64,000 nt of DNA from Candidatus Kapaibacteriota bacterium (lineage in GTDB: Bacteria > Bacteroidota > Ignavibacteria > OLB7), in contig JBMDXA010000080.1 of assembly GCA_048594725.1 (NCBI GenBank), positions 1,430 to 65,429 on the forward strand, given 5' to 3'. The notes under the pieces are model-generated. The model was not told the DNA's origin, did not search any database, and saw only the letters and a list, made by a program, of their open reading frames with translations. Numbering within the stretch: the first letter of the stretch is position 1; each line of letters begins with the position of its first letter. Position numbers and translations under genes: made by a program. Positions 8,269 to 18,822 of the stretch are shown here, piece by piece.

Positions 8269-11200
8269 TCAGGCATCCTCCATCGGAATATAGATATCCA
8301 CACGCGTGCCGGCAGCATTTCCGGAGGTGTCTGAAAGATCGATCACCTCCACCTGGAACTTCCCGCCGTAGGATGCCTCCAGCGCTTCGAGCCGTTTTTT
8401 CGTGGCCTCCATCCCCTGCGACCTGTGCCGGCGTGCGATGCCGGTTTTCAGCTCCTCGGATCGTTTCCGGCCCACCCCATCGTCTATCACCGAGCAGAGC
8501 ACATGCGCCCCGTGCCGGCTCACCATTACCGCCAGTGTTCCGGCCTCCCCCTTGTAGGCGAGCCCATGCTTGATTGCATTCTCCACATAGGGCTGGATAA
8601 GCATCGGCGGCACCTCGATATCGTACGGATCGATCCCCGGACCGATCGAGAATTCGTACGCGAATTTCTTCTCGAAACGGATCTGCTCAAGCTCCACATA
8701 GAACCGGAGCGATTCCAGATCGTCGGCAAGCGGGATGAGATGGGATTTGGAATGTTCCAGCGTAAGACGGATCAGCTTTGCGAACCTGGATAGATAATGC
8801 TGGGCGGCCTCGGAATCGTGGCGGGCGATAAAATGGAGTATCGAATTAAGGGCATTGAAAATAAAATGAGGATTCATCTGCGCGCGCAACGCCTGCAATT
8901 GATATTCCACCAGAAGCTGGCGCAGCTCCCCCTTCCTCTGCATGTTCCTGATGCGCAGCATCACCAGCACCGACACCAGAGCCGCCAGCAGCGATACGAG
9001 CGCCGCCCGGAACCACCAGGTCTGCCAGTAGGCGGGCTCTATCACCACGGCCACGGTTATCGCCTCGCCGTTCCAGACCCCATCGCTGTTGCTGCCGCGC
9101 AGACGGAACAGATACCGGCCGGGAGGAACATTGGTGTACTCGGCATAGGGACGTTCGCCATCGGTGCTGCGCCATTGCGTATCGAAGTCCTCCAGACGAT
9201 ACGAGTAGCGATTTCTCTTCGGATTGGTAAAATCGAGCGCGGCAAATTCGATCGTAAAGAAATTACGGGTATGGTCCAGACGAATCTCCCGCTTCATCGT
9301 GATGGAGCTATCGAGCGCAAGCTCCCGATCCAGCACCTTGAACGATGTCAGAGCCAGGGCCGGCACCGAGAGATTGTCCTGGAGGCTGTCGGGATGAAAC
9401 GACAGGATGCCATCGGTTCCGCCGAAATAAAGATATCCAGCAGTATCGCGAAAACACGCTTTGAAATGGAACTGGCTGATGTAGAATCCATCCCGCGCGG
9501 AATAATTTCTGAACTGGCGGGTATGCGGATCGAGCCGTGAAATACCGTTGTTGGTGCTGATCCACAATCGCCCCCGTTCATCCTCCAGAATACCGCACAC
9601 GGTATTGCTGGCAAGCCCATCCTTCTCGGTGAAACGGAGCGCACGCCCGGTGGCCGGATCGAACCGGTTCACCCCTCCGCCGGATGTTCCTATCCAGAGA
9701 TAACGGCCGGCATCTTCGTGGATGTACCAGATGCGGTTGTTGCTCAGGCTCGCAGCATCACCGGGGTCATGGGCGTAATGGGTGAACCGGCCGGTGCAGC
9801 GGTCGAAACGGTCCAGCCCATTATCGGTCCCGATCCAGATAATTCCGTTGCGATCCTCATGGAGCGCAAAGATTTTATTATCCCCGATCCCGGAGCCATC
9901 CCCCGGCCGGTGCCTGTACCGGACCGATCGGCCGGTGCCGGGGTCTATCCGGCTCAGTCCGTAGAACGATCCCACCCACAGCGTGCCGTCACGGCTTTCC
10001 AGGATCGCCCAGATATTGCCGTCGGTGATAGCAGGATATCGGGAGAAGGATTTCGAGCGGGGATTGTAGCGATGCAGCCCCCTGGAGGAGCCTATCCAGA
10101 GCTCCCCCGACCGCCCCTGATACAGCACATTGATATTGCTGTGGGCTCCCTCCCCGTAGAGCCCCGTATATCGCACGATGCGGCCGCTTGCGGCATCCAC
10201 CCGGTTGAGTCCCCTGGCCTCGGTGCCCGCCCAGAGATCTCCGGAGGGCTCCTTCCAGATAGACCGCACGATTTTTCCCGATAACGACGTAGCCGCGAGC
10301 GGATCATGCTGGATATAACGAAGGTTCCAGCTTCTGGGGTTGAACCGGGCAACTCCGTTATCGGTCCCGATCCAGATATTCCCCGATCGGTCCTCGGCAA
10401 TCACCCGTACCTGATTGCTCCCGATGCTCTGCCGATCGGCGGGGTTGTATACCGCATCGGTCCTGGCTCCGGTGGCAAGGTTGAAGACATGGAGTCCGCC
10501 GAACACCGTGCTGACCCAGAGCAGGTCGGAACGGTCGATAAACAGCGAAGAGATGAGATCGGATGCCAGGCCCCGGAATGCGGGAAATTCCGCCGTGTAA
10601 TTGATGAGGGTGCCGGAGGCCATATCCATCCGAAGGATATGATGGAGCGATCGCAGCCATAATCCCCCCCTGGCATCGGCATGGATCGAAGCTATCGTCC
10701 CTGTTCGTCCGGCCCCATACAGGGGATCAGTGGCATCGTTGATAAAGTCGTCCCCGGAGCGATCGTACCGGTTCAGCCCCTTATCGGCGGTGCCGATCCA
10801 GATACGGCCGCTGCTGTCGCGGCATACCGACGTGACTCTGTTGCTGCTGAGGCTACGCCGGTCGGAGGGATTGTGATAGTACCGGGCGAAGCGGCCAGTT
10901 TTTTTATCGAGCCGACATAGTCCGCCGGCCGCCCCCTCCACCACGATCCAGAGGCTCCCGGCATCATCCTCGCAGATCATGCTGATGATCCCGTCCGGTA
11001 TGCTTTCGGGGTCGCGAGGATCATGGCGGATGCGGACGAAACTCTCGCTCCTGCGGTCAAACCGGTTCAGCCCGCCGGCGTGCGTCCCGATCCAGATCGT
11101 CCCGTCACGATCCTCCAGTATGGAATTGATGCTCCCGTCGGATAACGAGCCGGGATCGTTGATATCGTGCCGGTAGATGATGCAATGATTGCCGTCGTAG

Positions 11201-11409
11201 CGGTTCAGCCCGTCGCGCGTGCCGAACCAGAGAAAGCCGAAACGGTCCTGCAGGATACAGAGCAGGTAATTATCGGAGAGCCCCTGCTGCATGGTGAAGT
11301 TGTCGAACTTCAGGGTATTGCGCTGGCACAGCAGCGAAGTGCCGGAAACCGCCATCAGTACCGGCAGCAGCAGGAGAACGGGTAGTGCGTGGCAGCTACG
11401 TAAGGTCAT
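8269..11409 (-). CDS. Two-component beta-propeller/Y_Y_Y sensor histidine kinase (LytS-type)
   Basis: Repeated ED..G.LW.GT..GL propeller motifs, YTNVPPGRY domain, TM helix, LRAQMNPHFIFNALNSI, QPYVENAIKHG, DDGVG. Confidence 0.95.
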   Translation of the reverse strand: MTLRSCHALPVLLLLPVLMAVSGTSLLCQRNTLKFDNFTMQQGLSDNYLLCILQDRFGFLWFGTRDGLNRYDGNHCIIYRHDINDPGSLSDGSINSILEDRDGTIWIGTHAGGLNRFDRRSESFVRIRHDPRDPESIPDGIISMICEDDAGSLWIVVEGAAGGLCRLDKKTGRFARYYHNPSDRRSLSSNRVTSVCRDSSGRIWIGTADKGLNRYDRSGDDFINDATDPLYGAGRTGTIASIHADARGGLWLRSLHHILRMDMASGTLINYTAEFPAFRGLASDLISSLFIDRSDLLWVSTVFGGLHVFNLATGARTDAVYNPADRQSIGSNQVRVIAEDRSGNIWIGTDNGVARFNPRSWNLRYIQHDPLAATSLSGKIVRSIWKEPSGDLWAGTEARGLNRVDAASGRIVRYTGLYGEGAHSNINVLYQGRSGELWIGSSRGLHRYNPRSKSFSRYPAITDGNIWAILESRDGTLWVGSFYGLSRIDPGTGRSVRYRHRPGDGSGIGDNKIFALHEDRNGIIWIGTDNGLDRFDRCTGRFTHYAHDPGDAASLSNNRIWYIHEDAGRYLWIGTSGGGVNRFDPATGRALRFTEKDGLASNTVCGILEDERGRLWISTNNGISRLDPHTRQFRNYSARDGFYISQFHFKACFRDTAGYLYFGGTDGILSFHPDSLQDNLSVPALALTSFKVLDRELALDSSITMKREIRLDHTRNFFTIEFAALDFTNPKRNRYSYRLEDFDTQWRSTDGERPYAEYTNVPPGRYLFRLRGSNSDGVWNGEAITVAVVIEPAYWQTWWFRAALVSLLAALVSVLVMLRIRNMQRKGELRQLLVEYQLQALRAQMNPHFIFNALNSILHFIARHDSEAAQHYLSRFAKLIRLTLEHSKSHLIPLADDLESLRFYVELEQIRFEKKFAYEFSIGPGIDPYDIEVPPMLIQPYVENAIKHGLAYKGEAGTLAVMVSRHGAHVLCSVIDDGVGRKRSEELKTGIARRHRSQGMEATKKRLEALEASYGGKFQVEVIDLSDTSGNAAGTRVDIYIPMEDA

Positions 11410-11664
11410 GGTGAAGGCTTATGTTCTTCCGGCAAATCGGCCAGGATGCCGGCGCAGGCCCCCGGAGGAGCGTACTCCGGATGTGATGCAAAGAAGGTAC
11501 GGCGGCAGCCCCGTTCCTCCATCATCCTCCTGCGGCGCTATCTTCCCGGCGGCATGCCCCGGCCGATGTATCGCGTGCCGACAGCGCCCTGCCATGGATA
11601 CAGGGGAAGATCGGTAGATTACAACCCGCCGGTGCCACGGCATGCAGGTAATTATACAACAAGA

Positions 11665-12231
11665 ATGGATACTGAAACGATGTGGGAAATTCGAGCCGCC
11701 CGTCCCGGAGATGCAGCAGAACTCAGCGAACTTGCCGAGCGGATCTTCCGTGCTACATTCGGGGAGTTCAACACCCCCGCCGATATGGATAGCTACTGCG
11801 CGGAGGCGTTCACCCCGGCCGCGATAGCCGGAGAGATAGCCGATCCCGATACCGATATTCTCATCGCCCTGCACGAAAAGATGCCGGCCGCCTACGCGCA
11901 TCTGCATCGCGGCGCGGCCCCGCCGGTGGTGCCGGGACACGGGCCGGTGGAACTGAAGCGCTTTTATGTGGAAGAGCGATGGCACGGCAGCGGCCTGGCG
12001 AGACAACTGATGGAACGGGTGATAGCGCTGGGGCTGGAACATGGCGCCGAAACGCTCTGGCTGGGCGTGTGGGAGCGGAATCCCCGCGCAATCCGCTTCT
12101 ATCATAAATATGGATTTTCGGAGATCGGCGAGCAGCCGTTTATGCTGGGCACCGATCTGCAACGCGATCTCATCATGGCCCTGCCGCTGGGCGGTGATGG
12201 ACCCGCCGCTTCACACGATCACAGGAGGTAG
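11665..12231 (+). CDS. GNAT N-acetyltransferase (PaiA-like)
   Basis: ELKRFYV...HGSGLARQLM, LWLGVWERN.RAIRFY.KYGF, F.LG.D.Q.D. Confidence 0.9.
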   Translation: MDTETMWEIRAARPGDAAELSELAERIFRATFGEFNTPADMDSYCAEAFTPAAIAGEIADPDTDILIALHEKMPAAYAHLHRGAAPPVVPGHGPVELKRFYVEERWHGSGLARQLMERVIALGLEHGAETLWLGVWERNPRAIRFYHKYGFSEIGEQPFMLGTDLQRDLIMALPLGGDGPAASHDHRR

Positions 12232-12233
12232 CA

Positions 12234-12878
12234 ATGCAACCGGCAGATGTGCATCTGTTCATGTTCGATTCCCTTTCCGACTGGGAACCCGGCTATGCGA
12301 TAGCCGGCATCAACAACCCGCAGTTCCACCGCCGGCCCGGCCGCTACCGCATCCGCACGGTTGGCATGGGAACCGATCCCGTTGTCACGGCGGGCGGCCT
12401 GCGGATCATCCCGGATATGCGCCTGGCCGACCTGGCCCCCGGCGATAGCGCCATGCTGATTCTGCCGGGAGGGGAAACCTGGGATGAAGGAGGAAATACC
12501 GAAGCGGCGGAGCTGGCGAAAACCTTTCTGGATGCGGCGGTTCCGGTTGCGGCCATCTGCGGCGCCACCGCCGGTCTGGCCCGCGCCGGGGTGCTGGACG
12601 CCAGGGCGCATACCAGCAACGCACGGGATTATCTGATGATGACCGGCTACGCCGGAGCGGATCATTATCGCGATGAGGCGGCCGTTGCCGATGGCGATCT
12701 TATCACCGCCTCGGCGATGGCCCCGCTGGAGTTCGCCCGGGAAATCTTCCAACGGCTCGATCTCTACACGCCGGAGGTTCTGGCCGCGTGGTATGGGCTG
12801 TTCTCCACACGGCAGCCGGAATATTTCGGCGCGCTGATGCAGGCCGAAGCCGCCAGCAGAGCCGCAGAGGGAATGTAA
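12234..12878 (+). CDS. DJ-1/PfpI family protein
   Basis: SDWEPGY, LILPGG, AAICGAT..LARAG.LD..HTSN. Confidence 0.9.
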   Translation: MQPADVHLFMFDSLSDWEPGYAIAGINNPQFHRRPGRYRIRTVGMGTDPVVTAGGLRIIPDMRLADLAPGDSAMLILPGGETWDEGGNTEAAELAKTFLDAAVPVAAICGATAGLARAGVLDARAHTSNARDYLMMTGYAGADHYRDEAAVADGDLITASAMAPLEFAREIFQRLDLYTPEVLAAWYGLFSTRQPEYFGALMQAEAASRAAEGM

Positions 12879-12991
12879 CGCTCCATGATCCTGGACGGCC
12901 GCCTCAAATATCCCGGAGCACCGGACGGTCTCTTCTATTGCAATCTCTCCTTCCGGCGAGATATATCTCTCCCCGATCAGGACCAGCAATC

Positions 12992-13870
12992 ATGAACCGC
13001 AAGGATTTTCTCAAAACCATGACAGCCGCAACCGGATTGCTCTCGCTTGCATCGTTCCGGGATATGACCGGGAACCTCGGAACCGATGATGTGAAAATGC
13101 CCGTGCTCTTTATCGGGCACGGCTCGCCGATGAACGGCATCGAGGATACCGATTTTAGCCGCCGGTGGCGCGACATGGCCCGGGAAATCCCCAGGCCGAA
13201 AGCCGTGCTGGTGGTATCGGCGCACTGGCTTACCGGCGGCACCCACGTAACGGCGATGGAGCATCCGAAAACCATCCACGATTTCGGAGGGTTCCCGCAG
13301 GAGCTGTACGATGTGCGCTACGATGCTCCGGGCGATCCGGAACTGGCCCTCGAAACCCGGAAGCTCATCACCTCCACATCGGTGGGGCTGGATCACGACT
13401 GGGGGCTGGACCATGGCACCTGGACCGTGGTGCGGCATATGTATCCGGATGCGGATATACCGGTGTTGCAGCTCAGCATCGATTATAAACAGCCGCCGCA
13501 GTATCATTACGATCTCGCCGCGCAGCTTGGGGCGCTCCGCCGCAAAGGGGTGCTTATCATCGGCAGCGGCAATATGGTGCACAACCTCCGCATGGTGGCG
13601 TGGGATAGAATGTCCGATCCGGAATACGGCTACGAGTGGGCGCTGGAGATGAACGAGACCTTCAAGCAGAAGATCGCCTCCCGCGATCACCGCTCGCTGA
13701 TCGCCTACGATTCGCTCGGGGCATCGGCACGGCTTGCCATACCGACCCCGGATCATTATTACCCTCTGCTCTATACGCTCGGCCTTCAGGAGAAAAGCGA
13801 CGAGATATCGTTTTTCAACGACAGGGCCGTGGCCGGCTCGCTGACGATGACATCGGTGCGGATCGGCTAG
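12992..13870 (+). CDS. ygiD: 4,5-DOPA dioxygenase extradiol (LigB/YgiD family)
   Basis: FIGHGSPMN, SAHW, TIHDFGGFP, GLDHGTW, GSGNMVHNL, PTPDHYYPL; Tat-like MNRKDFLK leader. Confidence 0.9.
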   Translation: MNRKDFLKTMTAATGLLSLASFRDMTGNLGTDDVKMPVLFIGHGSPMNGIEDTDFSRRWRDMAREIPRPKAVLVVSAHWLTGGTHVTAMEHPKTIHDFGGFPQELYDVRYDAPGDPELALETRKLITSTSVGLDHDWGLDHGTWTVVRHMYPDADIPVLQLSIDYKQPPQYHYDLAAQLGALRRKGVLIIGSGNMVHNLRMVAWDRMSDPEYGYEWALEMNETFKQKIASRDHRSLIAYDSLGASARLAIPTPDHYYPLLYTLGLQEKSDEISFFNDRAVAGSLTMTSVRIG

Positions 13871-14044
13871 AAAATATATGAGCGCGGCGGTTGCAACGGG
13901 CACACCGGCGCGCCCGTTGCCGTATCTTCCCGATATGCTCCCGGCGCTCCTCGGCACCGGGAGGGAACCGATGGAGAGAATTCCGGCGGAACGGATCACG
14001 AGCCCCGTCTTCTCTCCCGGTATCCGCATTGCGCTGGATTCCCC

Positions 14045-14434
14045 ATGGAACAATTCAACAACGATGCGATCATGGATCGAAAAGCATTAAAACGGGAATA
14101 CAAGGAAACCCCGCGCCCGATGGGGGTGTTCCGGGTATATAACACCGTCAAGAATAAATCGTTCGTCGGTACCAGCCGCGATCTTCCGGCGATTCTCAAT
14201 CGCCACCAGGCACAGCTCCGCATGGGAGGGCATGTCAGCAGCGAACTCCAGAACGACTGGAATACGATGGGCCCCGATGCGTTCGTGTTCGAAGTGCTGG
14301 ATACGCTCGAACCGCCGGATACTCCCGGCTACGATCCCTCCGATGATCTGCGCGTGCTGGAACAGCTTTGGCTCGATACACTCTCCCCGTTCGATGAGCG
14401 CGGGTACAACACCAGGCCCAGACAGCGGGGATGA
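14045..14434 (+). CDS. Small GIY-YIG superfamily protein
   Basis: RKALKREYKE...MGVFRVYN...SFVG, LQNDWN..G.DAF.FEVL. Confidence 0.75.
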   Translation: MEQFNNDAIMDRKALKREYKETPRPMGVFRVYNTVKNKSFVGTSRDLPAILNRHQAQLRMGGHVSSELQNDWNTMGPDAFVFEVLDTLEPPDTPGYDPSDDLRVLEQLWLDTLSPFDERGYNTRPRQRG

Positions 14435-14500
14435 GAGAGGGGGAAAACTCCGGACCGGAAGGCCCGGTATGGATGGAATATTATCAATGCAATTTATCTC

Positions 14501-14851
14501 ATGAGCGTAAAGGAAATTCAGCGGTCGCTGGAACGGGCATTGCTCGAGGATGGCGATATGGAGTTCGATCTCTATCACGACGAACTTGCCCCGCATCTGG
14601 AAAATCTGCGGGAGTCATTGGAGGCCGACAAAGATGAATTCACCTTCATGGTAACCTCCGACGGCACCACCATGGCGATGGTGCTGATGGAGGCATCCGG
14701 CGCAACCTATATCAACGACAAAGCCAGAACACGGCTGAAGGAGTTGTGGCCGCTGGCCTATGAGAGCAACATGAAGATGTTCATTCCGGATTTTGCCGAG
14801 GAGCTGGACCGGGGGGAAATCTCCATCACCGGCGTAAAGACGGTGGAATGA
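14501..14851 (+). CDS. Hypothetical protein
   Basis: Acidic 116-aa ORF, co-oriented with neighbours, plausible codon usage. Confidence 0.65.
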   Translation: MSVKEIQRSLERALLEDGDMEFDLYHDELAPHLENLRESLEADKDEFTFMVTSDGTTMAMVLMEASGATYINDKARTRLKELWPLAYESNMKMFIPDFAEELDRGEISITGVKTVE

Positions 14852-14994
14852 TTTTTTTTGGCGGACTGCAACGGCCTGCACGAGTAGTGCGGCACAGGCC
14901 GCGCCCGCAATGAGGGTTTCATGGAGAGGCCGGACCGGGAATCGTATTCCGGCCCGGCCTTCCCGCACCTCGGTAGTATTTCGGAATAAATACC

Positions 14995-15516
14995 ATGAAC
15001 GCAACCGTCAGACAGTTACGCCCGGAGGATGCCCCTGCCCTTATGGCGCTCCGCCGGGAGGCGCTGGAGCAGTCCCCCCTCTCGTTCGGCTCCTCCCCCG
15101 ATGACGACCGCTACCGCTCCAGCGAGAGCGTACGGGAAAGCCTGGAGACGGCAGACCCGCGGGCGGTATTCGGGGCATTTCAGGAGGAGAGGCTCATAGG
15201 GATGGTGGGCATTGTCCGGGAGATGAAACTCAAGGAGTGCCACAAGGCCCGGATATGGGGCATGTACGTTATGCCGGAATGCCGGGGTGCCGGGGCGGGA
15301 CGCATGCTCATCGAGGCCGCCATAGAACAGGGACGCGCCTGGGAGGGGGTCGGCCAGATCCATCTGAGCGTCACCGCCGCAGCGCCGGCAGCGGAACATC
15401 TCTACCGGAAGGCGGGATTTCGCCGCTGGGGAATACAGCCCCGCTCCTTGCAGTGGAATGGGATATTCACCGATGAATCCCATCTTCTTCTGGAGCTTGA
15501 TGGCTCCCCCCTGTAG
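14995..15516 (+). CDS. GNAT N-acetyltransferase
   Basis: HKARIWGMYV..ECRGAGAGRMLI, LSV....AA..LY.KAGF. Confidence 0.9.
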   Translation: MNATVRQLRPEDAPALMALRREALEQSPLSFGSSPDDDRYRSSESVRESLETADPRAVFGAFQEERLIGMVGIVREMKLKECHKARIWGMYVMPECRGAGAGRMLIEAAIEQGRAWEGVGQIHLSVTAAAPAAEHLYRKAGFRRWGIQPRSLQWNGIFTDESHLLLELDGSPL

Positions 15517-15555
15517 AAATCGTATCTGCCGGAATTCTTATCAACAGAGTCTTCC

Positions 15556-16140
15556 ATGAAGAGCACAACCAACGAACTCCCGGTCATCCATTTTCCGGCC
15601 GGGCCGGACTGGGAGGAATGGCTGCGGAGCAACCACACGGAATCCGAAGGGATCTGGATGAAGCTGGCGAAGAAAAATTCTCCGGTCGGATCGGTCTCCT
15701 ATGCCGAAGCGGTCGATATCGCCCTCTGTTATGGCTGGATCGACAGCCAGAAAAAGGCGCTCGATGAGAATTTCTCCCTGCAACGCTTTACTCGCCGGGG
15801 CGCCAGAAGCAAATGGTCGAAGATCAACTGCGGCAAGGTGGAGAACCTTATCGCCCAGGGACGCATGCAGCCTGCGGGGCTCAGGGAGATAGAAGCGGCC
15901 AGAAAGGATGGGCGATGGGATGCCGCATACGAATCGCCGCGCACCATCACCGTCCCGGAGGATCTTCAGGCCGAGCTGGAGAAATATCCGGAGGCGAAGG
16001 AATCCTTCGCGAAGCTGGGCGGCGCCAGCCGGTATTCGATCCTCTATCAGATCCATGATGCAAAAAAACCGGAAACCCGCGCGCGGCGTATCCACAACTA
16101 TGTGACGATGCTTCGGGAGGGAAGGAAGCCCCACGGATGA
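15556..16140 (+). CDS. YdeI/OmpD-associated family protein
   Basis: WEEWL, YAEAV..ALCYGWIDS, RF..R...SKWS.IN, GRM.PAG, AKKPETRARRI. Confidence 0.9.
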   Translation: MKSTTNELPVIHFPAGPDWEEWLRSNHTESEGIWMKLAKKNSPVGSVSYAEAVDIALCYGWIDSQKKALDENFSLQRFTRRGARSKWSKINCGKVENLIAQGRMQPAGLREIEAARKDGRWDAAYESPRTITVPEDLQAELEKYPEAKESFAKLGGASRYSILYQIHDAKKPETRARRIHNYVTMLREGRKPHG

Positions 16141-16168
16141 TGGGATTTTCGATTTGCGATTTTCGATT

Positions 16169-16319
16169 GGCGATTATATACCTGCTAGACCCAACCATGC
16201 CAGATGCATCACGCCAAGCCGCGAAGGCGCAAAGAAGAGGTCTTTCTTTGCGCCTTCGCGGCTTGGCGTGGGATTCTTCTGGAAGTGCCCACTCAGGGTC
16301 GCTGGAGTATATAGTTGCC
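16169..16319. mobile_element. 151-bp MITE, copy 2 (inverted relative to copy 1)
   Basis: GGCGATTATATAC...GTATATAGTTGCC; flanks TTTCGATT / TTTCGATG (7 of 8 match); close match to reverse complement of 3322-3472. Confidence 0.8.
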
Positions 16320-16578
16320 TTTCGATGTATGAGAAAAAGATGAGCATGGGGCTATCGGGAATTCTGACGCGTTCCGCTTTATGGTATACGGATGCATCCG
16401 CAGGGGTGTGGTGATAGAATCTCTTACAAACTCCCCGTTCCGGGACGTCACGGAATAGAGTATATCGGTGTCACTATCTGGAGCATGGTTCGCCCGGCAG
16501 GGACGAGCGCTCCCCGGACCGCCCGTATCCCCGACCGGCCTGCCCGACCCCCTTTCTGAATTCATAAATCCGATTTCC

Positions 16579-17220
16579 ATGCAACAGCCGGAATCCGCAC
16601 CCTCCCAGGCACACCAGGTGACCTCGATCGAACAGCTCGAAGCGCTGTACGGCCCCCCCGTCCCCCGCTCGCTCACCAAGGAGCTGGACTATATCTCCGA
16701 GCATTATCGCGCATTCATCGAGAAGGCCCCGTTCGTGGTGCTCTCCACCAGCGGCCCCGAAGGGCTCGATTCCTCTCCTCGGGGCGATCTCCCCGGCTTC
16801 GTACGAATCGCCGACAACAGAACCGTACTGATACCGGACCGCCGGGGAAACAACCGGCTGGATACGCTCCGCAATCTCGTGAGCGATCCCCGCATCTCCA
16901 TCCTCTTTCTGATTCCGGGAGTGGGGGAGACGCTCCGTATCAACGGCCGCGCAATCATCTCTGCCGATCCGGAATTATGCGAGCCGTTTGCGATGGAGGG
17001 AAAAATTCCCAAAAGCATTTTGATAGTAACCGTGGACCGCATTTATTATCAGTGCCAGAAAGCCCTGGTCCGTTCGAAACTCTGGAGCGAGGAGGCGAAA
17101 ATTCCCCGGTCGGCGCTGCCGACTTCCGGACAGATGCAGGAAGCCCTCTCCAACGGAGATTTCGACGGTGCGGCCTATGACCGGAATTATCCGGAGCATA
17201 TGAAAAACACTATCTACTGA
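16579..17220 (+). CDS. Pyridoxamine 5'-phosphate oxidase-like FMN-binding protein
   Basis: DSSPRGD.PGFV, PDRRGNNRLDTLRN, FLIPG.GETLRINGRA, YQC.KAL.RS.LW. Confidence 0.9.
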   Translation: MQQPESAPSQAHQVTSIEQLEALYGPPVPRSLTKELDYISEHYRAFIEKAPFVVLSTSGPEGLDSSPRGDLPGFVRIADNRTVLIPDRRGNNRLDTLRNLVSDPRISILFLIPGVGETLRINGRAIISADPELCEPFAMEGKIPKSILIVTVDRIYYQCQKALVRSKLWSEEAKIPRSALPTSGQMQEALSNGDFDGAAYDRNYPEHMKNTIY

Positions 17221-17225
17221 GAGCC

Positions 17226-17780
17226 GTGATACGGGAACAAATACGCGCGGAAGTGGATTCGATAGAACCGCTTGACCAGATGGAACGGGATCATATCACA
17301 GAGGTTCTCGCCTGGATCGACGGAGGAGATGAACTATGCCGTATCGAAAAACCGGCGACCCCGCCCAGGCATCTGGTCTCCTATTTCGTCCCTCTCGATG
17401 AGGAATATCTGCTGCTGGTGGACCACAGAAACGCGCAGTTGTGGCTCCCCGCCGGAGGTCATGTGGAGCCGGGAGAGCATCCCAGGGAGACGGTGGTGCG
17501 GGAAGCCGACGAGGAGCTCGGCATCACGGCGGAGTTTCTGCTGGGCGGACCGGTGATGATAACCTGCACCGAGACCGTGGGGCGTACCGCCGGGCACACC
17601 GATGTCTCGCTCTGGTATCTGCTCTCCGGCAACCGGACCGGGCCTCTGGTGTACGATACCTCGGAGTTCAACACGGTGATGTGGTTTCACTCCTCGGCGA
17701 TACCGCTGCATCGCTCCGATCCCCATATGGAGAGGTTTCTCCGGAAACTGGCGCTGCTGCGCGAACGGAAGCGCATTTAA
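17226..17780 (+). CDS. NUDIX hydrolase
   Basis: Nudix box GGHVEPGEHPRETVVREADEELG. Confidence 0.9.
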   Translation: MIREQIRAEVDSIEPLDQMERDHITEVLAWIDGGDELCRIEKPATPPRHLVSYFVPLDEEYLLLVDHRNAQLWLPAGGHVEPGEHPRETVVREADEELGITAEFLLGGPVMITCTETVGRTAGHTDVSLWYLLSGNRTGPLVYDTSEFNTVMWFHSSAIPLHRSDPHMERFLRKLALLRERKRI

Positions 17781-17876
17781 AGAAATGCCGTCGTTACGGT
17801 GATAGGGCTGGATCTGTTTTCCGTGAATTTCCGTATAATTTCTCCCGCTTATATTCGGCCAGCAAAGGAGCCATCG

Positions 17877-18746
17877 ATGTCCGAGAAGATGATACATGCA
17901 GGGGATGCAGCCATCTGCACCCAGAGCTTCGGCGATCCCGCTGATCCGGCGATTCTCCTCATCATGGGAGCGATGGCCTCGATGCTCTGGTGGGACGAGG
18001 AGTTCTGCCGGATGATCGCCGCTCAAAAGCGCTTCGTGATCCGGTACGATCTCCGCGATACCGGCCGTTCCACCTCCTACCCGCCCGGCGCTCCCCCCTA
18101 TACGGTAAACGATCTGGCCGACGACGCCATGGCGGTGCTGGATGGCTACGGGATAGAACAGGCGCATCTGGTGGGGATGTCGCTGGGAGGAATGCTTGCC
18201 CAGGTGCTCGCGCTGAAATGCCCCTCGCGGGTTCTCTCGGTCACCATGCTGGCCTCCGGCCCGTTCGTGAGCGACGCCCCGGCGCTGCCGCCGATCGACC
18301 AGAGCATTCTGAACTATCACGCCTCCAGCGAAACGCTGGACTGGTCCGATGAGGAAGCCGTGGTGGACTATATGGTAACCGGCTCGCGCCTGCTCACCGG
18401 CTCCGCCCATACGTTCGACGAGCTGGCCGCGCGCGATCTGGCGCGGCAGGAGTTCAGAAGGGCCGGCAGCATCCGGAGCATCATGAACTACACACTGCTC
18501 GGCGGCGGCGATGAATGGACGGACAGGCTGGAGGAAATAAAGGTGCCCGCGCTGGTGATCCAGGGAACCGAGGATATCGTGCTCCCCTATGCGCACGGGG
18601 AATTTCTTGCCGGGAAAATCCGTGGCGCCCGGCTGCTGGCGCTTCAGGGAACCGGCCACGAACTGCACCGCGACGACTGGGAGACCATCGTGGGCGCGGT
18701 GGTGGAACATACCGGAAACGCGCAGAAGACCCGAAGCGAAGCGTAG
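17877..18746 (+). CDS. Alpha/beta fold hydrolase
   Basis: RYDLRDTGRS, HLVGMSLGG nucleophile, LVIQGTED, GTGH; AAGGAG RBS. Confidence 0.9.
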   Translation: MSEKMIHAGDAAICTQSFGDPADPAILLIMGAMASMLWWDEEFCRMIAAQKRFVIRYDLRDTGRSTSYPPGAPPYTVNDLADDAMAVLDGYGIEQAHLVGMSLGGMLAQVLALKCPSRVLSVTMLASGPFVSDAPALPPIDQSILNYHASSETLDWSDEEAVVDYMVTGSRLLTGSAHTFDELAARDLARQEFRRAGSIRSIMNYTLLGGGDEWTDRLEEIKVPALVIQGTEDIVLPYAHGEFLAGKIRGARLLALQGTGHELHRDDWETIVGAVVEHTGNAQKTRSEA

Positions 18747-18822
18747 GATATTCCGGCGCGTCGTTCGGCGTGAACGTTCCGGAGGAGATGCCGGGCAAGA
18801 GCAGTTGACTCCATCCTGCGGA

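Noticed and set aside
14045-14434. Homing endonuclease or defence nuclease
   Set aside because: Belongs to a common small standalone GIY-YIG-like family; no intron, mobile or defence context
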